Positions 10,462-22,896 of a stretch of 30,845 nt of DNA are shown in pieces. The translations under genes were made by a program, and so were the position numbers. Origin of the DNA: an uncultured Hyphomicrobiales bacterium (GTDB lineage Bacteria; Pseudomonadota; Alphaproteobacteria; Rhizobiales; Kaistiaceae); contig CAYOUO010000050.1 in assembly GCA_964407155.1 (NCBI GenBank), positions 1-30,845 of the forward strand. The letters run 5' to 3'. Numbering within the stretch: the first letter of the stretch is position 1; each line of letters begins with the position of its first letter. Below the pieces are notes generated by a model. That model saw only the letters and a program-made list of their open reading frames with translations, was not told the origin of the DNA and did not search any database.

Positions 10462-10812
10462 TCACTTTGTGCCCTGGCGTGCCAGGAGTTCGAACCCGCT
10501 CGATAGATCGGTGACCAGACGCCCAAATTGAAGGGTCAAAGCGGCCGGACGCGCGACGACGACGTAATCGGTGGCGGCGGCTGCGTGCGCCGACGCCTGC
10601 TTCACCGCTTCCCTCAGCCGGCGCCGGACGCGATTGCGAACCACGGCATTGCCGATCTTCCTGGTCACGGTGAACCCGAAGCGGGGGAGATCGCCCCTCA
10701 CCCCCGGCACCGGCTTTTCGCGGGCCAGTGCCTGCAAGACAAAGCCTGAACGCGTGACACGTTTCCCGGCCGCAACGGCCTTGAACGCCGCACGGCGCTT
10801 CAGGCTTTCCAT
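10462..10812 (-). CDS. rnpA: Ribonuclease P protein component
   Basis: RFGFTVTRKIGNAVVRNRVRRRLREA (RNR motif); lies between rpmH and yidC. Confidence 0.95.
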   Translation of the reverse strand: MESLKRRAAFKAVAAGKRVTRSGFVLQALAREKPVPGVRGDLPRFGFTVTRKIGNAVVRNRVRRRLREAVKQASAHAAAATDYVVVARPAALTLQFGRLVTDLSSGFELLARQGTK

Positions 10813-10841
10813 CAAGTTTGCCGGCCTTGCCGGCTCATGCG

Positions 10842-10976
10842 TCAAGCCGTGAGCTTCTTGCGGCCGCGCGCCCGCCGGGCATTGATGACCTGGCGTCCGC
10901 CGGGCGTCGCCATTCTGGCGCGAAACCCATGCCGCCGCTTGCGCACGAGCTTGCTCGGTTGGTACGTCCGTTTCAT
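10842..10976 (-). CDS. rpmH: 50S ribosomal protein L34
   Basis: [44 protein letters not shown]. Confidence 0.98.
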   Translation of the reverse strand: MKRTYQPSKLVRKRRHGFRARMATPGGRQVINARRARGRKKLTA

Positions 10977-11009
10977 CTCGTCTTCTCCGCGCGGCTCGAA
11001 TGCGTCGGG

Positions 11010-11038
11010 CTTATAAGGAGGGAGCCGAATCGAGTCAA
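11010..11038 (-). promoter_or_regulatory. Sigma70-type promoter of the rpmH-rnpA-yidC-yihA operon
   Basis: Minus strand TTGACT (11038-11033), 17-nt spacer, TATAAG (11015-11010). Confidence 0.8.
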
Positions 11039-11109
11039 CGCGCACGGGCGGCGGGCAAGGCCTGAATCGGCAGGTTTTCCCTTCAGGCTGGCCGGAAATA
11101 AAGGCAACC

Positions 11110-12558
11110 ATGGCGGAAGTCATTACCCCCGACATCTGCGTCATTGGCGGGGGCCCCGGTGGAATTGCCGCGGCAAAGGCAGCGGCGGCGGCCGGCGTCA
11201 GCGTGGTTCTGATCGAAAAGGGCGCGCTTGGCGGCAATTATCTTGCTGCGGCAGTCCCGTCGAAGGCGCTGGTCGCGGCTGCAGAAACCCACGAAGCCCT
11301 CAGAATCGGCCCTTCGCTCGGAATCAGCGGCGCGCCGCTCCAGGTCAATCTCAACCGCGTCCGCGACCACATCCAGGCGGCTGCGGCGGATGCTGCGCGG
11401 ACGCTGACGCCGGAAAGGCTGGCCGTCCTGGGCATTCAGGTCGTCCCGGGGGCAGCCCGCTTCGTCGATCCGGCAACGGTGGCTGTGGGCGAGCGCGTCA
11501 TCCGCGCCCATCGCTTCATTCTGGCCGTGGGCCTGCAGCCCGCCCTGCCGAAGCTGCCCGGCCTCGACACCGTGGAGACGATGTCATTTGCCGATGCCCT
11601 CGATCTCGACCGGCGACCGTCGCACCTCGTCATCATTGGTGCCACCCGCTATGCGCTCGAGCTGGCGCAGGCCTATGCCCGGCTCGGGATCGATTCCACC
11701 ATCGTCAGCACCGGGGCCGCGCTTTCCGGCGAGGACCCCGAACTCGCCGCCATCATCGTGGAACGTCTGCGCGCGGACGGCATCCGCGTTCGTCACGGCG
11801 TCACCATCCACAGCATCGCCCGGCGTCGAAGCGGCATTCGCCTCGTCCTTGTCGATCCCTCCGATGCGGAGGCGGACGGCGCCGAGATCGCGGTGGACGG
11901 ATCGCACGTCCTGGCCGCATCGAGTGGGGTGGCGGCGACCGTCGGTCTCGGCCTCGCCGCCGCCGGGATTACGAGCAGCGAAACCGGCATTGCCGTCGAC
12001 GGCAACCTCCGCACGTCCAACCGACGCGTCTATGCCATCGGCGATGCCGTGCGGGGCACGCGCTCCGTGGCGCGCGCCGAGCTTCAGGCCGAGGCGGTCG
12101 TCCGTTCCATTCTCTACCGTGTGCCGCGCAAGGGCGACGACTGGCTGGCGCCGCGCGTGGCCTTCACCGATCCCGGGTTCGCGACGGTAGGCCTCAGCGA
12201 GGCGGCGGCGCGGGCGCGTTACGGCACCGTGCGCATATTCCGGCTGCCGTTTGCGGAAAGTGCGCGGGCCCGCATCGAGCGGCAGCCGGCCGGACTGATC
12301 AAGGTGATTGCGACCCGCGGCGGGCGCATTCTCGGGGCAGGCATCGCGGGCCGCGACGCGGCGGAGCTTATTGCTCCATGGTCGCTCGCGGTCGCCAACC
12401 GCGTGACACTGCCGGCGATGGCCGCAATGGTGCCGGCGTCGCCGACGCGCGCGGCGTTGACCGCGGCCATCGCGCGCATGGAAGGAGAGAACCGGGCCGC
12501 GGGTTTGACGGCTGCCCTGCGGCAGCGCATCATCTGGCTTCTGAGGAAGTTCGGCTGA
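11110..12558 (+). CDS. Class I pyridine nucleotide-disulfide oxidoreductase family flavoprotein (LpdA/MerA-like), lacking the redox disulfide
   Basis: FAD motif [31 protein letters not shown], and dimerisation domain. The CxxxxC site reads [12 protein letters not shown]. Confidence 0.88.
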   Translation: MAEVITPDICVIGGGPGGIAAAKAAAAAGVSVVLIEKGALGGNYLAAAVPSKALVAAAETHEALRIGPSLGISGAPLQVNLNRVRDHIQAAAADAARTLTPERLAVLGIQVVPGAARFVDPATVAVGERVIRAHRFILAVGLQPALPKLPGLDTVETMSFADALDLDRRPSHLVIIGATRYALELAQAYARLGIDSTIVSTGAALSGEDPELAAIIVERLRADGIRVRHGVTIHSIARRRSGIRLVLVDPSDAEADGAEIAVDGSHVLAASSGVAATVGLGLAAAGITSSETGIAVDGNLRTSNRRVYAIGDAVRGTRSVARAELQAEAVVRSILYRVPRKGDDWLAPRVAFTDPGFATVGLSEAAARARYGTVRIFRLPFAESARARIERQPAGLIKVIATRGGRILGAGIAGRDAAELIAPWSLAVANRVTLPAMAAMVPASPTRAALTAAIARMEGENRAAGLTAALRQRIIWLLRKFG

Positions 12559-12565
12559 GCGCGCC

Positions 12566-14035
12566 ATGAACGAGCAGACCGGCGGGCCGCAATCCACCTC
12601 GGAGCCTTCAGCGAGAGCGGCGGGGGTTCGTGCGTCGACAGGGCGCCGCGTGGGGCTGTCGACACGGCTGTTCGTGCTCACCGTGCTGTTCGTGACGGTC
12701 AGCGAGATTCTCATCTACGTTCCTTCGATCGCCAACTTCCGCACCAGTTGGCTGATGGATCACCTGACAATGGCGGATGCGGCCAGCCTCGTGCTTGCCG
12801 AATCCGGCGACCAGACGGTGCCGCGCGACATCCAGGACGATCTGCTGAAGGCGGTCGGCGCCATGGGCATCGCGATCCGCACCGGCAGCGTGAGCCGCCT
12901 CATTGCGACCGTGGAAATGCCGCCCGCCGTGGACAGCGTGGCCGACCTCAGGGTGATGAACCCCACCGCCGACATCGGCGATGCGTTCGCAACCCTGTTT
13001 GCACCCGGCATGCGCATCCTGCGGGTGATCGGCCAGTCGCGGACCGGCGCGACGCTCGAGATCATCATCAGCGACCGCGCGCTCCGCGACGCGATGCTGC
13101 ACTATTCGATCAACATCATCTGGCTGTCGCTGATCATCTCGGTGCTCACCGCCGGATTGCTCTACTTCTCGATCAACCGGCTGTTCGTGCGGCCGATGCG
13201 GCGGCTCACCGACAACATGGTCGCCTTCTCGGAGAAGCCCGAGGATTCCACCCGCATCATCGTGCCGAGCGGGCGCGGCGACGAGATCGGCGTCGCGGAG
13301 GAGCATCTCGCCGACATGCAGTCGGCGCTGCAGGGAACGTTGCGCGAGCAGCGGCATCTCGCCGACCTCGGGCTCGCCGTCTCCAAGATCAACCACGACC
13401 TGCGCAACATGTTGGCCGCGGCGCAGCTCTTTTCTGACCGGCTGGCGGGTGTGCCCGACGAGAACGTGCAGCGCTTCGCGCCCAAGCTGATCGCCACGCT
13501 CGATCGCGCCATCGCCTACGCGCAGGCGGTGCTGACCTATGGCAAGGCGCGGGAGGCGGCCCCGGCACGGCGGTTGCTCGCGCTCGACCGGCTGGTCGCG
13601 GACGTTGCCGACTCACTCGGCCTTTCCGGCCACCCGGCGATCGCATTCGAAAATCGCGTGCCGCACGACCTCGAAATCGATGCCGATCCCGACCAGCTGT
13701 TCCGCGTGCTGCTCAATCTCTGCCGGAATGCGGTGCAGGCGCTCGACGGCGATGCCGGCCCGGCCGTCGTGCGGCGGCTTACCGTGCGCGCGGAGCGCCA
13801 CCAGGCGGAAGTCATCATCGAGGTTGCCGATACTGGTCCGGGGGTGCCGGCGCAGGCCCGGGTCAATCTCTTCCGCGCCTTTCAGGGCGCGACGCGACCC
13901 GGCGGCACCGGGCTCGGCCTCGCCATCGCCGCCGAAATCGTGCGGGCGCACGGCGGGTCGATCGAACTCGTTGACCGTCGCGGGCCGGGCGCAACTTTCC
14001 GTATCGTCATTCCCGACCGCCCGGGCCGGGAATAG
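12566..14035 (+). CDS. Membrane HAMP sensor histidine kinase (orphan)
   Basis: Two TM segments flanking a periplasmic domain, HAMP (DEIG), H-box NHDLRN, N-box NLCRNA, G1 DTGPG and G2 GTGLGL. Confidence 0.93.
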   Translation: MNEQTGGPQSTSEPSARAAGVRASTGRRVGLSTRLFVLTVLFVTVSEILIYVPSIANFRTSWLMDHLTMADAASLVLAESGDQTVPRDIQDDLLKAVGAMGIAIRTGSVSRLIATVEMPPAVDSVADLRVMNPTADIGDAFATLFAPGMRILRVIGQSRTGATLEIIISDRALRDAMLHYSINIIWLSLIISVLTAGLLYFSINRLFVRPMRRLTDNMVAFSEKPEDSTRIIVPSGRGDEIGVAEEHLADMQSALQGTLREQRHLADLGLAVSKINHDLRNMLAAAQLFSDRLAGVPDENVQRFAPKLIATLDRAIAYAQAVLTYGKAREAAPARRLLALDRLVADVADSLGLSGHPAIAFENRVPHDLEIDADPDQLFRVLLNLCRNAVQALDGDAGPAVVRRLTVRAERHQAEVIIEVADTGPGVPAQARVNLFRAFQGATRPGGTGLGLAIAAEIVRAHGGSIELVDRRGPGATFRIVIPDRPGRE

Positions 14036-14080
14036 CGCGATATGCAGCAGATGGTTTGCGCTGTGACTATATCGAGGAAA

Positions 14081-14157
14081 TGGCGCGCCCGAAGAGATTC
14101 GAACTCCTGACCCCCAGATTCGTAGTCTGGTGCTCTATCCAGCTGAGCTACGGGCGC
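14081..14157 (-). tRNA. tRNA-Arg(ACG), 77 nt, CCA encoded
   Basis: Minus strand GCGCCCG TAGCTCAGCTGGATAGAGC A CCAGA CT-ACG-AA TCTGG ... GGAG TTCGAAT CTCT T CGGGCGC G CCA; cloverleaf stems pair. Confidence 0.98.
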
Positions 14158-14165
14158 GTGCGTGT

Positions 14166-14194
14166 TAGCTACTGAAAGCCTCTACCGAATGCAA
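14166..14194 (-). promoter_or_regulatory. Putative tRNA-Arg promoter
   Basis: Minus strand TTGCAT (14194-14189), 17-nt spacer, TAGCTA (14171-14166), 8 nt before the mature 5' end. Confidence 0.55.
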
Positions 14195-14223
14195 GTGCGG
14201 CGCTTGATTGGCCTGCGCGCCAA

Positions 14224-18281
<4,058 letters not shown>

Positions 18282-18314
18282 GTTGGACGGGCTCCGGCCG
18301 ATGCGCGGCTCCGG

Positions 18315-19190
18315 TCAGGCACCATTGTGGGTGCCGACAATCCGGTCGCCTTCCAGCTTGGTGAATGGCACGAAGGGAACGACCGCGCCGCCGTAGATAT
18401 CGGAACGGGCGACTGTGAGCGTGCCGTCGGTGCCTTCGTTCTTCACGATCTTCAGGACGTGCTGGGCGCCGGGCGGGCCGACCGGAATCGCCATGACGCC
18501 ACCGGTGCTGAGCTGGCGCAGCAGCGGCGGCGGAACATGGTCGATGCCGCAGGTCACGATGATCTTGTCGAAGGGAGCATTCTCCTCCCACCCGTAGTAG
18601 CCGTCGGCATTCCTGGTCGTGATCGCCTTGTACTCCGTATACCCACGGGCGATCAGCGAATCGTATACACCCCGGGTGCGCGCTGCGAGACCGGGGATGA
18701 TCTCGATCGACCAGATTTTGTCGGTGAGGTTGGAAAGATAGGCCGACTGATAGCCGGAGCCGGTGCCGATCTCGAGCACCTTGTCGCCGCGTCTGACGTC
18801 CAGCGAGTTGGTCATGCGGCCGACGGTATGCGGGCCGGTGATGGTGACCCCGAACCCGATGTCGAGGTGATGCCACTCGTAGGCCTGGGTGAGATTGGCC
18901 TTCGTGACGAATTCCTCGCGTGGCGTCATCAGGTAGGCGCGCTCGTCCTTCGCGTCCCAGACGTCATGGTGGGCGAGCATCGCCTGGTAGCGGTCGAAGC
19001 GCTGGCCGAGGAAATCCGGGTCTTCGCCGCGGTTGGCGACCATCCATGCAATGAAGTTCGCCCGCGAATCGGTCGGAGGCGTCGCGTTCCAGTCGTACGG
19101 CCGGGGAACGTTGGCGCGCGCTACCGCCGGCACAAAGGCCGTAGCGAGCAGGGCGGCCGTTCCCGCTTTCAGGAAATCCCGTCGGTTCAC
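18315..19190 (-). CDS. Tat-signal protein-L-isoaspartate O-methyltransferase homolog (paralog 1)
   Basis: MNRRDFLK Tat motif, h-region and ARA cleavage site. PIMT motifs TITGPH, KVLEIGTGSGYQ, SIEII, DGYYGW..APFDKIIVT, QL..GG.M.IPVG and FVP. Confidence 0.92.
   Translation of the reverse strand: MNRRDFLKAGTAALLATAFVPAVARANVPRPYDWNATPPTDSRANFIAWMVANRGEDPDFLGQRFDRYQAMLAHHDVWDAKDERAYLMTPREEFVTKANLTQAYEWHHLDIGFGVTITGPHTVGRMTNSLDVRRGDKVLEIGTGSGYQSAYLSNLTDKIWSIEIIPGLAARTRGVYDSLIARGYTEYKAITTRNADGYYGWEENAPFDKIIVTCGIDHVPPPLLRQLSTGGVMAIPVGPPGAQHVLKIVKNEGTDGTLTVARSDIYGGAVVPFVPFTKLEGDRIVGTHNGA
18556..18625. repeat. 70-bp perfect inverted repeat, copy A (partner at 20534-20603)
   Basis: Reverse complement equals 20534-20603 exactly (cgatcacgaccaggaat...gacaagatcatcgt); both flanking bases mismatch. 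Confidence 0.92.
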
Positions 19191-19215
19191 GGCGCGCCCC
19201 TCGAATTATCGCAGT

Positions 19216-19749
19216 CTACTTGGGCTTTGCGGTCAGCGTGCCGTAAGCGACGACAGCCTTGTCGTTGTAGCCTGTCATCCAGCTCATGACGACGCCGTCG
19301 GCGCTGCGGTAGAGGGTCAAGCTGCCGTCGAGACATCCCGCCTTGGAGGCCGGATCGAACTTGCCCGTCGTGATCGTTTCGGCGAAGGCCGCATAGTCGC
19401 TGTTGGCGCCGAGCTTGACCAGTTTGCCGGCACAATTCTGGCCCGGATAGCTCGTGTCTCCGCCCTTGGCGGTCAGCGTGATCTCGATCGGATAACCCTG
19501 GGCCCTGCCGACCTGCTGCACCGTGCCCGTCCACGCACCGACCCATGGCTGCGCAGCCGGCTTTGGAGCGACCTTTGCCTTCGCCTTTTTCACGGCCGGC
19601 GCTGCAGCGGGTTGCCCGGTTGCGTCCGGGGCGGGCGCGGTCGTGACGGACGTGTCGGGAGCCGGCGTAGTGTCCTCCGCCCATGCGCTGCCGGCAGACA
19701 TCGCGACCGCCGCACCCAACGCAATACCGGTCAAAAGAATTCGCTTCAT
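19216..19749 (-). CDS. Secreted protein (177 aa): Sec signal, Pro/Ala/Thr linker, beta-rich two-Cys domain
   Basis: MKRILLTGIALGAAVAMSAGSAWA signal, APD..APAP..AAAPAVKK linker, then WVGAWTG...YPGQNC...GCLDG. Start ATG 19749 (TTG 19761 is an alternative). Confidence 0.85.
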   Translation of the reverse strand: MKRILLTGIALGAAVAMSAGSAWAEDTTPAPDTSVTTAPAPDATGQPAAAPAVKKAKAKVAPKPAAQPWVGAWTGTVQQVGRAQGYPIEITLTAKGGDTSYPGQNCAGKLVKLGANSDYAAFAETITTGKFDPASKAGCLDGSLTLYRSADGVVMSWMTGYNDKAVVAYGTLTAKPK

Positions 19750-19830
19750 GGCCTTGTCCAAACCTCCACGCCGATGCCGTTCGCCCGCGGAATCCGGATT
19801 GGGCGCGGGCGCCGCAATTCATCATCGCCG

Positions 19831-19848
19831 TGTAACCGGCATGTTTCA
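19831..19848. promoter_or_regulatory. Palindromic operator copy 1, TGTAAC-N6-GTTTCA
   Basis: tgtaaccggcatgtttca; its reverse complement matches copy 2 at 16/18. Confidence 0.6.
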
Positions 19849-19898
19849 GTTCACCACCTCGCCCCCCGATCCGGAGGGGTCGATGGCAGCGTATCCGG

Positions 19899-19916
19899 TG
19901 AAACAGGCCAGTTACA
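19899..19916. promoter_or_regulatory. Palindromic operator copy 2, TGAAAC-N6-GTTACA
   Basis: tgaaacaggccagttaca, in the same divergent intergenic region as copy 1. Confidence 0.6.
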
Positions 19917-19971
19917 TGCGGTCAGTATAGCTGGTTCCGGGAAACCTCCTTAGCGCTTTCAGGAGAACAGA

Positions 19972-20844
19972 GTGAATCGGCGGCAATTCCTTTTGTCATC
20001 CTCCGCCGCGATGGCGGCGGGCCTTGTTCCTTCACTCGGCCGGGCGGACGTCCCCGTGCCTTACGACTGGAACCTCAATCCGCCGACCGACAATCGTGCG
20101 AACTTCATCGACTGGGCGATGAAGAATCGCGGCGAGGATCCGAAATACCTGGGCGAGCGCTTCGACCGCTATCAGGTTTTGATCGCGAACCACGACATCT
20201 GGGACGACAAGGACAAGCGCGCCTTTCTGCTCACGCCGCGCGAGGAGTTCTGTCGGCCGGCCAACCTGCCACGCGCCTACGCCAATGCCTTTCTCGACAT
20301 CGGGTACGGGGTGACGATTTCGGGCCCTCATCTCGTGGGCCGCATGACCAGCACCATTGACGTGCAGCGCACCGACAAGGTGCTGGAGATCGGTACCGGG
20401 TCCGGCTATCAGTCAGCGTATCTGTCGCATTTGACCGACAAGGTCTTCTCGATCGAAATCATCAAGCCGCTCGCGGAACGCACGCGCGCCACTTATGACG
20501 CGCTGATTGCGCGCGGCTACAACGAATTCAAATCGATCACGACCAGGAATGCCGACGGCTACTACGGGTGGGAGGAGAATGCTCCCTTCGACAAGATCAT
20601 CGTCACCTGCGGCATCGATCATGTTCCGCCACCGCTCCTCCGCCAGCTCAAGCCCGGCGGCATCATGGTCATTCCGGTCGGTCCGCCCGGCTCGCAACAC
20701 GTACTGAAGGTCACCGCGACGCAGGCGGCCGATGGCACGACGACAGTTGCGCGCTCGGACATCTATCACGGCACGGTCGTCAACTTCGTGCCATTCACCA
20801 AGCTCGACGGCGACAAGATCGTCGGAACGCATTTCGGTTCGTAG
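19972..20844 (+). CDS. Tat-signal protein-L-isoaspartate O-methyltransferase homolog (paralog 2)
   Basis: AGGAG RBS and GTG start; MNRRQFLL Tat motif; TISGPH, KVLEIGTGSGYQ and APFDKIIVT. Hand count gives 195/264 (~74%) identity to paralog 1 in the mature region. Confidence 0.92.
   Translation: MNRRQFLLSSSAAMAAGLVPSLGRADVPVPYDWNLNPPTDNRANFIDWAMKNRGEDPKYLGERFDRYQVLIANHDIWDDKDKRAFLLTPREEFCRPANLPRAYANAFLDIGYGVTISGPHLVGRMTSTIDVQRTDKVLEIGTGSGYQSAYLSHLTDKVFSIEIIKPLAERTRATYDALIARGYNEFKSITTRNADGYYGWEENAPFDKIIVTCGIDHVPPPLLRQLKPGGIMVIPVGPPGSQHVLKVTATQAADGTTTVARSDIYHGTVVNFVPFTKLDGDKIVGTHFGS
20534..20603. repeat. 70-bp perfect inverted repeat, copy B (partner at 18556-18625)
   Basis: See copy A. Confidence 0.92.
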
Positions 20845-20937
20845 CGCCGGAGACGGGCACGCCGGACGGCCGAAACCGCGCGACCCCGATTGTGATATCG
20901 TGTGCGCCAAGGCGGCGTGAAACGGGCGAAGGCGTAT

Positions 20938-21999
20938 ATGTCTTTCTGTCGGCGCAGGGCCGGGCTGGCGCTGGCGGCGGTGCTGGCTGCCAATGCGGGC
21001 GGCGCTTTGGCAAGCGGCGCGCCGGATGTCCTCAGACCGCCGTTTCCCCGCGTTTCGCCGGTCGATCACGCGTCCGGCCGGGAAGCCACAATGAAGGATG
21101 CGGATCGCACCAGGCTCGGGCCTCTTGCCGCCGGCCGCAGTACGATCGTTCCGTTCGTCAACTCGCCCTTTCCCTACGAGGGCCTCATCCCGAAAAAGGA
21201 GACGCCATTTCTGGACGTCGCGGAAGGAGGCCGACGGGGGCACACCTCGGTACGTGCCGGGGTCTACTGGGAGGATGAGAGCTACAGCGACCGCAGCGTG
21301 CTGATCGCGTTTCCCCGGGGTTTCGATCTCCGCAAGCCGGCGGTGATGATCGTCTTCCTGCACGGCAACAACGCGCTGCTCGAGCGGGACGTCGTATTGC
21401 GGCAGCAGGTCGTCGATCAGGTCGAGGCGTCCGGCCTCAACGCGGTTCTGGTTGCCCCGCAGCTTGCCCACGATGCGCAGGATTCGAGCGGCGGCAATTT
21501 CTGGCGGCCGGACTTCTTCGCGCGCTTCCTGAAGGAAGCAGCGGTGAAGGCCGCACGGTTTTATGGCGCACCTGCATCCGCCGCAGAGTTCGAGCGCATG
21601 CCGGTCGTCCTGGTTGCCTACAGCGGTGGCTACAATCCGGCCGCTTATGCGCTTGCGCTCGGTGGGGCCGGCCACCGTGTCCATGGGGTCATTCTTCTCG
21701 ACGCGCTTTACGGCGAGGAAGACAAATTCATCGACTGGATCGAGCGCGCGCGGCGCTCGGCGTTTTTCCTCAGCGCGTATTCGCTTTCGTCGGCGGACGG
21801 CAACGGCGATGTCGAAGCGGAGCTCAAGGCCGAGCATTTGGATGTGACCGACACGATGCCCCGCCGCCTCACAGCGGGGACAGTGACGTTTATCGCGGCG
21901 ACCGACCCTTCGATCGTCCACGACGATTTCGTTACTGCCGCGTGGGTGCCACAGCCGCTGGCGTGGGTGCTGTCGCACGTACCAGGGTTTCCGCGCTAG
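20938..21999 (+). CDS. Exported alpha/beta hydrolase-fold protein
   Basis: N-terminal RRR plus hydrophobic segment ending ALA; VFLHG; nucleophile elbow AYSGG; candidate acid LLDAL; candidate His IVHDD. Start uncertain (GTG 20902 is an alternative). Confidence 0.8.
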   Translation: MSFCRRRAGLALAAVLAANAGGALASGAPDVLRPPFPRVSPVDHASGREATMKDADRTRLGPLAAGRSTIVPFVNSPFPYEGLIPKKETPFLDVAEGGRRGHTSVRAGVYWEDESYSDRSVLIAFPRGFDLRKPAVMIVFLHGNNALLERDVVLRQQVVDQVEASGLNAVLVAPQLAHDAQDSSGGNFWRPDFFARFLKEAAVKAARFYGAPASAAEFERMPVVLVAYSGGYNPAAYALALGGAGHRVHGVILLDALYGEEDKFIDWIERARRSAFFLSAYSLSSADGNGDVEAELKAEHLDVTDTMPRRLTAGTVTFIAATDPSIVHDDFVTAAWVPQPLAWVLSHVPGFPR

Positions 22000-22080
22000 G
22001 CGCCGGCGGCGCGACCAGAATTGCGCTGTGTCAACGGCGCTCACAATCCGGGGTGCTAGCTGCGCGACCTGAGGTCTGTC

Positions 22081-22896
22081 ATGCCCGATTCTGCCGCGCA
22101 GCCACTCATCATCGACACCACAGGATTGACCAAGTCCTTCGACGGCCATGTCGCCGTGGACCACGTCGATCTAAAGGTTCGCGGGCAGGAAATCTTTGCG
22201 CTGATCGGTCCGAACGGGGCCGGTAAATCGACCCTCATCAAGATGCTCGCCACTCTGGTGCCGCCGACCGGCGGCGACGCGCAGATCGCGGGCTATGATC
22301 TCAGGCGGCAGGCGAAGGAGGTACGGGCGCACATCGGATATGTGCCGCAGCTGCTTTCGGCGGATGGCGCGCTGACCGGGTACGAGAACCTCCTGCTCTC
22401 GGCACGGCTCTATCTCATTCCGCGTGGCGAGCGCGAGGCGCGCATCCGCGAGGCCCTCGAGCGGACGGAGCTGACCGCTGTCGCCGACCGGCTGGCCCAA
22501 CACTACTCCGGCGGAATGCTGCGGCGCCTGGAGATCGCGCAAAGCACGCTGCACCGTCCGGCGCTGCTCATCATGGACGAGCCGACGGTCGGTCTCGATC
22601 CGGTAGCGCGGACCGCGGTATGGAACCACGTGCGCGATCTGCGCGAGCGCTTCGGCACGACGATCCTGATCACGTCACACGTGATGGACGAGGTGGAGGC
22701 GCTCGCCGACCGTATCGGCATCCTGCATCACGGACGACTGGAGACGGTAGGCACGGCGGCAGAACTGAAAGCCGGCGCCGGCCCAGGCGCGACGCTCGAT
22801 GACGTGTTTGCCAAAGTGGTCAGCGGCGATAGCGAGGCCGGCGACGAAACGCAGGACGCCCGCCGAGCGCGAAGGAGCGCGATCTCGCATGGCTGA
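22081..22896 (+). CDS. ABC-2 type exporter ATP-binding subunit (DrrA/NodI-like)
   Basis: Walker A GPNGAGKST, signature YSGGM, Walker B LLIMDEPT, H-loop TSH. Confidence 0.95.
   Translation: MPDSAAQPLIIDTTGLTKSFDGHVAVDHVDLKVRGQEIFALIGPNGAGKSTLIKMLATLVPPTGGDAQIAGYDLRRQAKEVRAHIGYVPQLLSADGALTGYENLLLSARLYLIPRGEREARIREALERTELTAVADRLAQHYSGGMLRRLEIAQSTLHRPALLIMDEPTVGLDPVARTAVWNHVRDLRERFGTTILITSHVMDEVEALADRIGILHHGRLETVGTAAELKAGAGPGATLDDVFAKVVSGDSEAGDETQDARRARRSAISHG

Noticed and set aside
19762-19971. SAM/SAH riboswitch upstream of the methyltransferase genes
   Set aside because: No SAM-II, SAM-SAH or SAH consensus recognised by eye. The hairpin at 19783-19810 alone is insufficient. An Infernal/Rfam scan would be decisive.
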